Assembly (NCBI GenBank): GCA_002633005.1
Contig: NMRA01000238.1
Location: forward strand, 186,001-250,000
From: Phoronis australis
Lineage: Eukaryota > Animalia > Phoronida
Direction: 5' to 3'
DNA length: 64,000 bases
Of the stretch, positions 63,308-64,000 are shown piece by piece. A program made the position numbers and the translations under genes. The notes beneath the pieces are model-generated. The model saw nothing but the letters and a program-made list of their open reading frames with translations, did not search any database and had not been told where the DNA came from. The stretch's first letter is position 1. Each line of letters begins with the position of its first letter.

Positions 63308-63559
63308 CATGCGCGCACCCAGCCTAAAAAGTGGGAGGCTCGATTTTTTTAGAATGAGGACCATTTACTAAGTTTCATAGGGTACTTTCAGAGCTATGAA
63401 TTGTACATTCGCCGAATTCTGGCAGTGCCTGCCTTTTTAGTCGACTTTTGTCTCAATTCCTATTTTTTTCGCAGTTTTTGTTTCCCTGAGGTGGAATTTT
63501 TTGCCCACTTCGCCAAATGGGGGGATTCCCCGAACCCCCTCCCCATGGGTGCACACATG
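63308..63559. mobile_element. MITE, CATGCGCGCAC-TIR family, 5-bp TSD (CATCT)
   Basis: catct|catgcgcgcaccca...tgggtgcacacatg|catct. Confidence 0.8.
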
Positions 63560-64000
63560 CATCTATCGTTGGAATAACACTTGCGGCGAGAAAGCGTTCA
63601 TAAGTGTTTTTTGAATCCATGAAGGTTCAAATAAAAAGCCAGCGTATGTTTCTGTGACGATGGCCAAACAGATATGTAGTTTAATCTACGGATGATTTAA
63701 ATAGGGTCTACCCAAAGTGTGGTTGCACTTGCTTACAGAGACACAAATATCAACGAAATCAAACAAGTAGGAAACAAGTTTGGAATAATTTATCTCTGGC
63801 TGCAGGTACTCCCTATGATCTCCACTTATGTCAAAAATTAAAAAACTGTAATTTCAGACTCGAACTATTCTTCTGAAAAACACAAAATGACGAAAGACTC
63901 GTAATTATATTACAACTTACCAGTGTCATTTTATTTAATCGTGTAACTAGTTTTTTCCAATTAATTGTTTTGGAATCGGTATTTATAGCACAATATTAGC

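Overview
AT-rich, intron-containing animal genomic DNA, probably an invertebrate (species not determinable), with a 983-N gap at 36341-37323. Three genes are supported. (1) A GPR19 orthologue with an intronless CDS on + (16843-18003). (2) A near-complete minus-strand ADAM/reprolysin gene, ADAM-A (44292-19436), with 20 coding exons traced by hand and at least one more probably in the gap. (3) The 3' ten exons of a tandem paralogue, ADAM-B (63233-50239), which continues past the window. Main finding: after the usual ADAM ectodomain (ending disintegrin/Cys-rich/EGF), both ADAMs lack the transmembrane helix and cytoplasmic tail. They splice in frame into a two-exon Ly6/uPAR (three-finger, CCxxxxCN) domain and a GPI-signal-like C-terminus, which predicts GPI-anchored ADAM-LU fusion proteases. 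The rest is transposon-derived: two Kolobok-like/THAP elements (one with a nested LINE), Penelope-like GIY-YIG remnants (one with a hammerhead ribozyme motif), Gypsy and LINE fragments, MITEs, SINEs and tandem repeats.
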